Notes: generated by a model not told the origin, from the sequence alone. 64,000 bases of DNA from Candidatus Poribacteria bacterium (GCA_965218095.1 OZ244587.1:1376001-1440000), one strand, 5' to 3'. Positions 1-7,813 are shown, numbered from the stretch's first letter. Made by a program: numbers and translations.

Positions 1-370
1 TATCCGCAGCGGGAGAGGCATTACACAGATTACCGCCAACACTTGCCCTACCTTGAATTCCGGTACCACCAATAATCTTAGCAGCATCAATCAGTCCAGG
101 GTATGCGGCAGAGATTGCATCGTCCGCATAGATTTTATAACAGGGAACAGCCGCACCGAGGCTTAAACCGGTGTCAGGGGAATATGAAAGCACGTTGGTT
201 TCAGAGAGGTCTTTGATGTCTACCATCCGTTCCAACTGCCGCCGGTTCTCCCGAACCATAACGATGAGATCTGTTCCGCCGGCCAAGGGCTTTGCTTGAT
301 CGCCTTTTTCGGCGAGCAAGGAGGCCGCTTCAGCTACGGTTTTTGCGGGAACATATTCAAACGCTCGCAA
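1..370 (-). CDS. Xanthine/CO dehydrogenase-family FAD-binding subunit (CoxM/XdhB-like), runs off the window edge
   Basis: Not in the ORF track. TTG start after AAGGAG; translates LRAFEYVPAKTVAEAASLL..PLAGGTDL..IGGTGIQGRASVGGNLCNASPAAD, which contains the FAD-binding motifs. Confidence 0.9.
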   Translation of the reverse strand, partial: MRAFEYVPAKTVAEAASLLAEKGDQAKPLAGGTDLIVMVRENRRQLERMVDIKDLSETNVLSYSPDTGLSLGAAVPCYKIYADDAISAAYPGLIDAAKIIGGTGIQGRASVGGNLCNASPAAD

Positions 371-580
371 AGCATCAATCTCCTTTCAAGATGAGAGGGG
401 TTACTCGCCAAGCTTCACAGCCTTACATGAACATCTCCAAAAACTTGGCAAATGTTTATTACACACTTTATCTTAATCGAAAGCATCGGAAATGTCAACC
501 GAAAAGATCTCTACCCCGCTCGGGGAAACTTTTAATCCAGGGCGAGGCATTAAAAAAAGGGAATTATATCGAATAGTGCC

Positions 581-657
581 ATTTATTTGGCATTTAGAAT
601 GCCAAATAAATTTGACACTATAGCAGTAGTTTGGTATCATCGCACCAAATGTGTCAA
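581..657 (+). promoter_or_regulatory. Inward-facing sigma70 promoter with adjacent palindromes in the element left end
   Basis: TTGACA(612-617)-17bp-TATCAT(635-640); perfect 14-3-14 palindrome ATTTATTTGGCATT-TAG-AATGCCAAATAAAT (581-611); TTGACAC..GTGTCAA inverted pair. Confidence 0.75.
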
Positions 658-677
658 TGTACATAGGGAGGTCTAAA

Positions 678-770
678 ATGGATGCGAAAATTAGAGCAGA
701 ACTTGATGAAATTCGTGAGATGTTAGCCGAAGCAGCTAGACTTTTTCTACGAAAATTGGGTACAATATAA
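678..770 (+). CDS. Short, probably truncated coiled-coil-like ORF (MDAKIRAELDEIREMLAEAARLFLRKLGTI)
   Basis: GGAGG RBS; the first 20 codons recur in the second left-end copy at 3686. Confidence 0.45.
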   Translation: MDAKIRAELDEIREMLAEAARLFLRKLGTI

Positions 771-803
771 GCACCAAACCCTTATCTACACGGAGGATCT
801 ACG

Positions 804-1049
804 ATGGTTACTTGGATTCCAAGTCTGGTGACGAGTGGTATCGTGGTTATTGTTACAGTTGGATCAGTAATTATTTCTATGCGGATTCAACTTGCTAAAT
901 TAGAATCTAAGTTTGATACTAAGTTTGAATCTGTAGAGAAAGACATTAACAGATTAGAAGCAAAGATTGATGGTATCAACCAGACATTAGGTGCTAAGAT
1001 TGATAACGTTAATCAACACATTGACCGTCATCTTGAGAATCATTCCTAA
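804..1049 (+). CDS. Small single-TM + coiled-coil protein (DUF1640/XhlA-like architecture)
   Basis: GGAGG RBS, N-terminal hydrophobic helix, heptads LESKFDTKFESVEKDINRLEAKID, C-terminal HLENHS. Confidence 0.7.
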   Translation: MVTWIPSLVTSGIVVIVTVGSVIISMRIQLAKLESKFDTKFESVEKDINRLEAKIDGINQTLGAKIDNVNQHIDRHLENHS

Positions 1050-1066
1050 CCTACGGAGGATTTACC

Positions 1067-1246
1067 ATGACTAGCCCTCAAATTCTGATGGCGTTGATTC
1101 TGCTCATCTTGAATGGCGTAATCACTGTCGTAGCCGTTCTTACCTTCACCAGAGGACTGGCTACTAAAGATGATATTAACCGGATAGAAAGGAAACTCGA
1201 AGCACTTAACCAGAATTTCATTGACCATCTGAAAGGACACGCTTAA
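1067..1246 (+). CDS. Small single-TM + coiled-coil protein, 59 aa (below ORF-track cutoff)
   Basis: MTSPQILMALILLILNGVITVVAVLTFTRGLATKDDINRIERKLEALNQNFIDHLKGHA; GGAGG RBS; LATKDD resembles DUF1640-type motif. Confidence 0.7.
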   Translation: MTSPQILMALILLILNGVITVVAVLTFTRGLATKDDINRIERKLEALNQNFIDHLKGHA

Positions 1247-1263
1247 CCTACGGAGGATCTATC

Positions 1264-2016
1264 ATGAAATGCACCATGTCGGTTTCGATCCCGATCTTAT
1301 CGGGGCTCGTTTTGACAATTTTGTTTGTTTTCCCTGTTCTTACATTCTCGGAACTTACCGAGAAAGACTTAGAGAAAATCCGAAAAATCGTTCAATCTGA
1401 AGTGAATACCATCAAGCAAGACATAACAGAAGTTGAACTCCGATTAATTGAGAAGATACGTGAATCGGAGAATCGGCTTCAAACACAATTTAATCAATCA
1501 CTGGATAACCGAACCAACAGTATCATGATTATCTTTGCTGTCGTTTCTATGGGGTTCTTCCTTCTGTTCGGTTGCATTCTACTGGTCGGTGCATTACGAA
1601 ACCGTCAGCCTAACAAGAAACTCATCATCCTTATGGTGGTTAGCCTCGCCGGTGTAATGCTTTGCCGCATCCCTTCGCTCAATGCCCAAAAGGATAGGTT
1701 TGGTGAGGACATTGTTTGTAGAAGTTTAACTGTTATTGATGACGAAGGCAAAAATGCGATTGTCTTAGAAAGTAATGAAGATGAGAAATCAAATCAGATT
1801 ATCATTTATGAACCACATCAAAAACGTGCAAATGTTGCTGGGATAAATAAGGAGCCTGAAAACTGGAAAAAAGAGGCAATTAGATTAGAGGCTAAAAAAG
1901 ATTATTCTTGGTTTTCTGTCCAAGATAGGGAAGATCCTAGCTACGCGGCGTTTTGGATTTTTAGTGATAAAGACTACAATTATTCATCACGGCGGATACG
2001 TGGAAAAGCAGAGTAG
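1264..2016 (+). CDS. Hypothetical membrane protein: signal/TM, coiled coil, TM, second signal-like segment, beta-rich domain (possible fusion of two cassettes)
   Basis: 250-aa ORF with RBS; three hydrophobic segments; EDIVCRSLTVIDDEGKNAIVL region. Confidence 0.65.
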   Translation: MKCTMSVSIPILSGLVLTILFVFPVLTFSELTEKDLEKIRKIVQSEVNTIKQDITEVELRLIEKIRESENRLQTQFNQSLDNRTNSIMIIFAVVSMGFFLLFGCILLVGALRNRQPNKKLIILMVVSLAGVMLCRIPSLNAQKDRFGEDIVCRSLTVIDDEGKNAIVLESNEDEKSNQIIIYEPHQKRANVAGINKEPENWKKEAIRLEAKKDYSWFSVQDREDPSYAAFWIFSDKDYNYSSRRIRGKAE

Positions 2017-2077
2017 CAGATTGGTAAGGAGAATCACTTAAAAGCCTGAAAGACTAACCTATAGGAGGTTTTGAAAA

Positions 2078-2257
2078 ATGCCCTCATCTGTTTATCATGC
2101 AGTCGTTAGGCAAAAAGGCAACTGGTGGATTGGTTGGATTCAGGAAATTCCGGGTGTAAATTGTCAAGAACAGACTCGCGAAGAACTAATAGATACACTT
2201 GAAACTGCACCGAAAGAGTACGCACTTATAAGATTTAGACTTGAAATTAAGGCTTGA
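2078..2257 (+). CDS. HicB-family antitoxin, orphan and probably C-terminally truncated
   Basis: MPSSVYHAVVRQKGNWWIGWIQEIPGVNCQEQTREELIDTL matches the HicB N-terminal pattern; AGGAGG RBS; no hicA adjacent. Confidence 0.75.
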   Translation: MPSSVYHAVVRQKGNWWIGWIQEIPGVNCQEQTREELIDTLETAPKEYALIRFRLEIKA

Positions 2258-2315
2258 ACTTTGTTTGAAAATCTGATAAAATATAGTCTCAAATCCGCAT
2301 AAATAAAGGAGTTGA

Positions 2316-2648
2316 GTGGCTATGATTCAGATAAGTCGTCAAGCAAAGCTGGTTTGGAAAGATGCCGTTGAAAATGGCATCAAGTTTAAGATTATTGAGC
2401 AGGATGCCAAGTTAGAACCGAATTATGATGGCATGAAAGTTGGTGATGCCTCAACACTGTGTGTAGTCGAAGATATTAAATCTCGATATAAGGGACAAAT
2501 TAACCGATATGAAGGTGAGATAACACGATTAGTTATCTTCCGAACTCGGCTTGAAGAATTGTTGTCTATGCTCAGTGAATATCCGGTTGATGAGACAAAT
2601 CGAGACTTGATTAAGAGATGTATCGAGAAATTAGATGGGAAACTGTGA
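2316..2648 (+). CDS. Hypothetical protein, 110 aa
   Basis: AAGGAG RBS, GTG start; upstream TTGAAC-17-TAAAAT promoter-like sequence (~2254-2282). Confidence 0.6.
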   Translation: MAMIQISRQAKLVWKDAVENGIKFKIIEQDAKLEPNYDGMKVGDASTLCVVEDIKSRYKGQINRYEGEITRLVIFRTRLEELLSMLSEYPVDETNRDLIKRCIEKLDGKL

Positions 2649-2832
2649 TAAAGAGTTAGCCCAACCCATTGGCTACGTGGCTTCCAAATCGGTTTCGATC
2701 CCGATCAGATCGGGGCAGGAAAACAATTCCCAATGATAGAAATCGTTGAAACCCTCTTAGTCCTGATAACTGGTTTAATTTTGGCTTCACTCGGTTGGGG
2801 CTGTCGGGACTTAATTGTGAAAGGAGGCTATT

Positions 2833-3078
2833 ATGACTTGGATGACCCTTGGCCAAATCGGAGCGATTATTGTATCACCGGCGGTCATGCTTTATATCGC
2901 CACGATGATTAACAAACGAATTGATGATTTGAAATCGAAGATGGATTCAGACCATGCGAACCTTGCGAAAATGGTAGAGGGAGTTCGTCAAGAGGTAAAA
3001 GATGTTCGCAACCATTTTGACAAGAGGCTTGATACTCCGAGCACCATTTTATCCTTTAAGGAGAGCAATTTCCAATGA
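2833..3078 (+). CDS. Small single-TM + coiled-coil protein, possibly 3'-truncated
   Basis: AAGGAGG RBS; TM followed by INKRIDDLKSKM..VRQEVKDVRNHFDKRLD heptads. Confidence 0.65.
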   Translation: MTWMTLGQIGAIIVSPAVMLYIATMINKRIDDLKSKMDSDHANLAKMVEGVRQEVKDVRNHFDKRLDTPSTILSFKESNFQ

Positions 3079-3245
3079 AAAAGAAACAGACCCTTCGCAA
3101 ACGTTCTTCCAAAGACAAGATTATCAAATCTATCAAGGACACGCCGGAGAATGTGGCAAGAGCATTGTTCGGTATGAAGTCCACCCGCCAACCTAAATCC
3201 AAATCGCGAAAAAATGGAAGTGCCGAAATCTATGATTATCCGTAA
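3075..3245 (+). CDS. Small basic protein next to the right TIR (56 aa, contains DTPENVARALF)
   Basis: AAGGAG RBS; ATGA overlap with the previous ORF; ends 5 bp before the TIR. Confidence 0.6.
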   Translation: MKKKQTLRKRSSKDKIIKSIKDTPENVARALFGMKSTRQPKSKSRKNGSAEIYDYP

Positions 3246-3284
3246 GTTTCGGCACTATCCGATATAATTCCCTAAAAAAACACC

Positions 3285-3485
3285 TTATCCCCGGCAGATT
3301 ACATTTTGGCCCCCCCCCCCCCCCTTCCGTGATGACTTCGTAAGGGATGTCCAAATCATCCAGAATCTTGAGGTGCGATTTGGCGATTTCGTAAGTCTCG
3401 TCAGCGAAGCGGACGACACGCATTCGTTTCGCCGGCGCGACGAAACCTTCTCCCTCGCAGCGTCTGTAAATCTGATCTTTACCAT
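3285..3485 (-). pseudogene. Frameshifted small hypothetical gene with a G15 tract
   Basis: GGAGG RBS; MVKIRFTDAARE continues in another frame as FVAPAKRMRVVRFADETYEIAKSHLKILDDLDIPYEV; C15 run at 3310-3324. Confidence 0.45.
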
Positions 3486-3567
3486 CTGAGGGTGCCCTCC
3501 ATCCTTAGAGTCTATCCTAATCTTGCCTTTTTCTAAAAAATTTGCCAGCATCTACCGCATATTTTAT

Positions 3568-3744
3568 GGGAATTATATCAAATAGTGCCATTTTTTGGCA
3601 TTTAGAATGCCAAATAAATTTGACACTATGGCAGTAGTTTGGTATCATCGTATCAAATGTGTCAATGTACATAGGGATGTCTAAAATGGGTGCGAAAGTT
3701 AAAGCAGAACTTGATGAAATTCGTGAGATGTTAGCCGAAGCAGC
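3568..3744 (+). mobile_element. Solo second copy of the element left end
   Basis: About 95% identical to 559-736 (TIR, palindrome, promoter, start of mini-ORF); no matching right TIR seen in the window. Confidence 0.85.
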
Positions 3745-4798
3745 AGAGATCTTGGGAAGCTATCGTACGAAATCTCTCAATAACCTCTGCGTGCGAAGCC
3801 GTGCCTGTTGTCCCAATCTTTGTCACCGTAATTGACGCGACGAGGTTTCCGACCTGCGCCGCTTCAACGTAGATGCTCCCATCCCGCCGAGAGGAACCGC
3901 AGAGCGTCGGCACAATGCCGGCCGAAACGCTATCCCCCGCTCCGACTGGATCTGTCTCTTGATCGAGCGGAATTCCCGGCACATGCTCAACCCGCCCATC
4001 GTAGAACACCAGAATTCCATGCTGACCGACAGTTACATAAACCGGCTTTCCTGTACGCTCTGCCAAGAGCCCCCCACACTGTTCTGCTTCCTCAATATCA
4101 ACTTCCTCACCCGTCCAATCCGGATTGACCGCCTGTTTTGCCTCAAATCGGTTTGGTTTGATAATAACGTGATAATACTTTCCCATCCGGCTGCGAGAAT
4201 CGGCAAAAAAGATCTTGTCGGGATATTTCACAGCAAGTCGGCAGATCTCCTCGCGCACCCGATCGGTGATGACCCCCCAATTGTCGTGCGGCATCTGATC
4301 CCCGACGATGACTCCTTCGACCATCGGCACACATTGATGGAGAGATCTGATCGCCATGTCCTCCACCTCAGATCGCATCGCTGATTGGTTTTCAACGTCG
4401 AATCGAGGTCCCTCCGTCTCCACGCCTTCGTAGCCACGATGGATGGGTTTGAGATAGGTCGGCGTAATGCAGTCCGGCGCGGAGATCATAAACTCCGTGA
4501 TGCACCCATTCGCCTCCAAGCAGTCAAGCAGAGTTCTGCCAAACCCATCCTCACCGATCACGCCCAGTGTGTAAACTTCTCCAACCTCTAACGCCCTGAG
4601 ATTGTTTGTCACTGTCCCCGCCGCACCAGGGCTATAGCGTTGACCCATGACAGGATTTGTGTACCAGGGGGTTTCCAGCGATAGAGTCGATTTCGTTTTG
4701 TCAATCAGCCAGTAGGCGTCGAGGTAAAAATCTCCAACAACCAGGATTTTTCGCTCTCTAAATCCCTCCAGAACGGTTTTTAGACACTCTTCGTTCAT
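3731..4798 (-). CDS. PfkB-family carbohydrate kinase (HldE/RfaE kinase-domain-like)
   Basis: ILVVGDFYLD, PGAAGTV, IIKPNRFEA and DPVGAGDS motifs. Confidence 0.9.
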   Translation of the reverse strand: MNEECLKTVLEGFRERKILVVGDFYLDAYWLIDKTKSTLSLETPWYTNPVMGQRYSPGAAGTVTNNLRALEVGEVYTLGVIGEDGFGRTLLDCLEANGCITEFMISAPDCITPTYLKPIHRGYEGVETEGPRFDVENQSAMRSEVEDMAIRSLHQCVPMVEGVIVGDQMPHDNWGVITDRVREEICRLAVKYPDKIFFADSRSRMGKYYHVIIKPNRFEAKQAVNPDWTGEEVDIEEAEQCGGLLAERTGKPVYVTVGQHGILVFYDGRVEHVPGIPLDQETDPVGAGDSVSAGIVPTLCGSSRRDGSIYVEAAQVGNLVASITVTKIGTTGTASHAEVIERFRTIASQDLCCFG

Positions 4799-4984
4799 CG
4801 CATCCCCTCTTTCATTTTACATTTCACGCCTAGTGTACCAAAGATTAACGCCATGATCAAATGAATTCGGATCGGGAGGGAAACCGTTCCCCGATAAGAT
4901 CGGGATGCAAAGGACTTGACCTTGACCCGATCTTGTGGTAAACTCGATTGAACTGATGTCGTATGCTACCCGTCCGTTAGGGTG

Positions 4985-5135
4985 TAAAATCGAAAGTGGG
5001 ATAATCCACTTGCCCCATTCGTTGATGTAAATATCCACACTACTGATGATAAATGGATTAATGTATCTTTTCTGATAGATTTGGGTGCGGACGGAACATA
5101 CTTGCCAAGTGAGTACATGGAAGATCTCGGTATCC
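4985..5135 (+). pseudogene. Retropepsin-like aspartic protease fragment
   Basis: Frame from 4997: WDNPLAPFVDVNI..WINVSFLIDLGADGTYLPSEYMEDLGI, a degenerate D[ST]GA motif; no intact start. Confidence 0.45.
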
Positions 5136-5703
5136 AGTTCAACCGCAGAAGTCTGGAGTTCAGATGGCGCTGTTTCTGCCTGCCCTGCTGCCCTGCGAGC
5201 GGTGGTGGATGGACGCGACAATCATCATGGGCAAGCGCAACCATTTCCGGTTCAGGCTAACCGATGAATTCGGGCTGCGATCACACTACCGTGACCCCGG
5301 CGAATTTGACAGTGAACTTGAGCGACGTTTTGCAACGCAGTTTGAGCAAGTCGAGACAGAGTGGACATTAGAACGTGAGACGGACATCATCAATCTCAAG
5401 GATACGGTGATGATTCCGGATTTCGCGTTCTCGCATCCCGACGGGCGGCAGGCGTTGATGGAGATCGTCGGATTCTGGATGCCGGATTACCTCCAGAAGA
5501 AGCTATGGAAACTGAAACAGGCGGGCATGCCCAACATGATCATCGCTGTGTCGGAGCAGTTGAACTGTTCGGCTGACGATTTTCGGGACATTGCCGGCGA
5601 GGTGCTGTTTTTCAAAACGCGGATTAAGCCGAAAGACGTACTGGAAAAGGTAGAAGGGTGTGCGATTTTGGAAGGGAAGTGTTCGATTGAAGATCAAGGA
5701 TAG
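5136..5703 (+). pseudogene. DUF790 (Bax1-like nuclease) family, C-terminal half only
   Basis: MALFLPALL..FDSELERRF..WTLERE..VMIPDF..MEIVGFW.PDYL.KKL; N-terminal half missing. Confidence 0.75.
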
Positions 5704-6658
5704 TAAAATCGTTGTCATTGGCGGCGCCGGTTTCATCGGTTCGCACATTGTTGAAGCGCTCATCGAAGAAAATGTGGGGCGAATTGTCATTTTCGACAAT
5801 TTCACCAGAGGCAATCACGAAAACATTCGAGATGGCGTCAAGGATGAGCGTGTCGAACCTTACGAAGGCGACATCACGCATACCGACATCCTGGATGACG
5901 CCTTAAAAGGCGCGGATTACGTTTTCCATCTAGCGGCGTTGTGGCTGAGACACTGTTATGATTTTCCACGAGCGGCGTTCGAGGTCAATATCGGCGGCGC
6001 CTTCAACGTCCTAGAAGCATGCGTCAAAAATGGAATCAAGAAACTGATTTATTCCTCGTCCGCTTCTGTCTACGGCGACGCCGTCGAGATTCCAATGACA
6101 GAGAACCATCCGTACAACAACCGAACCTTCTACGGCGCGACGAAGATCGCCGGCGAGCAGATGTGTCGCGCTTTTTATGACCGATATGGCCTGAACTATG
6201 TCGGTTTGCGCTACATGAATGTCTATGGACCCCGTCAGGATTACAAGTCCACATACACGGGTGTGATTATGAAAGTGCTGGACCGGATCGATCAAGACGA
6301 TCCGCCGATTGTTTACGGCGATGGCTCGCAGGCGTACGACTTTGTCCATGTGACCGATGTTGCGAAGGCGAATGTTTGCGCGTTAAAGAGCGATGCAACG
6401 GACGATTTTTACAACGTGGGTCGCGGGGTGAAGACCACAATCAGAGAGTTGGCCGAGTTAATGCTTGACCTGACGCAGTGCGGGCTCGACATCCATTACG
6501 AACCCGCCGGTCTGACTTTCGTGACCCATCGAATCGGCGCGACGGAAAAAGCAGAGCGTGAACTTCGATTCAAAGCCGAAACCGACCTGCAGGAAGGCTT
6601 AATCAGCGTAATTAAATGGCGGAATGCGCAACCGGATACAGGAGTTTATCCCGTATGA
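5687..6658 (+). CDS. NAD-dependent nucleotide-sugar epimerase/dehydratase
   Basis: GGAGFIGSH, SSASVYG, YGATK, LRYMNVYGP; probable TTG start at 5687. Confidence 0.95.
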   Translation: MKIKDSKIVVIGGAGFIGSHIVEALIEENVGRIVIFDNFTRGNHENIRDGVKDERVEPYEGDITHTDILDDALKGADYVFHLAALWLRHCYDFPRAAFEVNIGGAFNVLEACVKNGIKKLIYSSSASVYGDAVEIPMTENHPYNNRTFYGATKIAGEQMCRAFYDRYGLNYVGLRYMNVYGPRQDYKSTYTGVIMKVLDRIDQDDPPIVYGDGSQAYDFVHVTDVAKANVCALKSDATDDFYNVGRGVKTTIRELAELMLDLTQCGLDIHYEPAGLTFVTHRIGATEKAERELRFKAETDLQEGLISVIKWRNAQPDTGVYPV

Positions 6659-7812
6659 ACGTCCCTATCACAAAGCCTTATTTTGATGAAGCTGAAATGC
6701 AGGCGGTCACCAAACCGTTGGAAACAGGGTGGGTCGTTCAAGGTCCCTGCGTTGCGGAGTTTGAGCATCTATTTGCTGCATACACAGGCGCGGCTTATGC
6801 CAAAGCGACGACCTCTTGCACGACAGCGCTCCATCTCGTCCTAATTGCGTGCGGGATTTCAGCAGGAGACGAGGTGCTCGTCCCCGCCTTCACCTATGTC
6901 GCCTCCGCAAATGTGGTGGAATACGAGAATGCGACGCCGGTTTTTGTGGATATTGACCTCAGAACTTTTAATATCGATATGGACAGATTAGAAGCGGCCC
7001 TCACGTCAAAAACGAAAGCGATCATGCCCGTGCACCTGTTCGGTCTGTGCGCCGAAATGGACGTGGTCGTGGAAGTCGCTCAGAAACACGGGTTGGCTGT
7101 GATTGAGGACGCCGCGTGCGCGGTTGGGTCGCTCTACAAAGGCAAGCACGCCGGGACTTTTGGGGACGCCGGTTGTTTCAGCTTTCACCCGCGTAAAATT
7201 ATCTGCACCGGCGAAGGCGGTATGCTGACGACCAATCACTCAAATCTTGCAAATCAAGTTGAAATCATGCGTTCACATGGGGGTTCGGTGTCAGATCTGG
7301 AACGTCATAGGAAAGACGTTTATCTCATGCCGGAACACAACATAGTCGGATATAATTACCGGATGACCGATTTTCAAGGCGCGATTGGGGTTCAGCAGAT
7401 GAAAAAGCTGAACTGGATTGTCGCGCGTCGAAATGAACTCGCAGATCGATATACCCAGGTCTTCAACAAAGTTCCCGGCGTCACACCGCCGCATGTTCCC
7501 GAATATTGCCGCCACACCTACCAATCCTATGTGGTCGCTGTCAAGGACGACTGCGTGCTTTCACGAAATGAACTGTGCGCAAAACTTCAAGCCAGAGGAA
7601 TTGCTACTCGACAAGCCACCCACGCCGTGCATCTGCTCGGCTACTACAAAAGCAAGTACGGTCTGAAACCGGAAGATTTTCCGATGGCATGGAAGGCGGA
7701 TGAACAGAGCATGACGCTGCCTCTCTACCCGCAAATGACTGAGGCAGAGCAGGATCACGTCATTGATAATCTGCTAGCGATTTTAGAGGGCAAAGATTTA
7801 GGAGGCCAATAG
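6655..7812 (+). CDS. DegT/DnrJ/EryC1/StrS PLP-dependent sugar aminotransferase
   Basis: SCTTALH, IEDAACA, FSFHPRK, GEGG, GYNYRMTD; ATGA overlap with the epimerase. Confidence 0.95.
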   Translation: MNVPITKPYFDEAEMQAVTKPLETGWVVQGPCVAEFEHLFAAYTGAAYAKATTSCTTALHLVLIACGISAGDEVLVPAFTYVASANVVEYENATPVFVDIDLRTFNIDMDRLEAALTSKTKAIMPVHLFGLCAEMDVVVEVAQKHGLAVIEDAACAVGSLYKGKHAGTFGDAGCFSFHPRKIICTGEGGMLTTNHSNLANQVEIMRSHGGSVSDLERHRKDVYLMPEHNIVGYNYRMTDFQGAIGVQQMKKLNWIVARRNELADRYTQVFNKVPGVTPPHVPEYCRHTYQSYVVAVKDDCVLSRNELCAKLQARGIATRQATHAVHLLGYYKSKYGLKPEDFPMAWKADEQSMTLPLYPQMTEAEQDHVIDNLLAILEGKDLGGQ

Positions 7813-7813
7813 C

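Larger units (their letters stand above)
559..3272. mobile_element. Non-autonomous IS1595-family-like (ISNwi1-type ends) element with passenger ORFs and no transposase
   Basis: TIRs GGGAATTATATCGAATAGTGCC (559-580) and GGCACTATCCGATATAATTCCC (3251-3272) match at 21/22; 8-bp TSD TAAAAAAA at 551-558 and 3273-3280. Confidence 0.85.

Noticed and set aside
786-2080. Linker repeats as a CRISPR array or integron attC sites
   Set aside because: The spacers are whole ORFs of 180-750 bp, there are no cas or intI genes, and there is no RYYYAAC..GTTRRRY hairpin structure.
559-3744. The 178-bp direct repeat as a DGR template/variable pair or as prophage att sites
   Set aside because: Differences are not adenine-specific, no RT or phage genes are adjacent, and the repeat begins exactly at a TIR, so two element left ends explain it better.
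4817-5244. Minus-strand ORFs of 134 and 92 aa
   Set aside because: They are antisense to recognisable plus-strand pseudogene fragments and promoters and carry no motifs.
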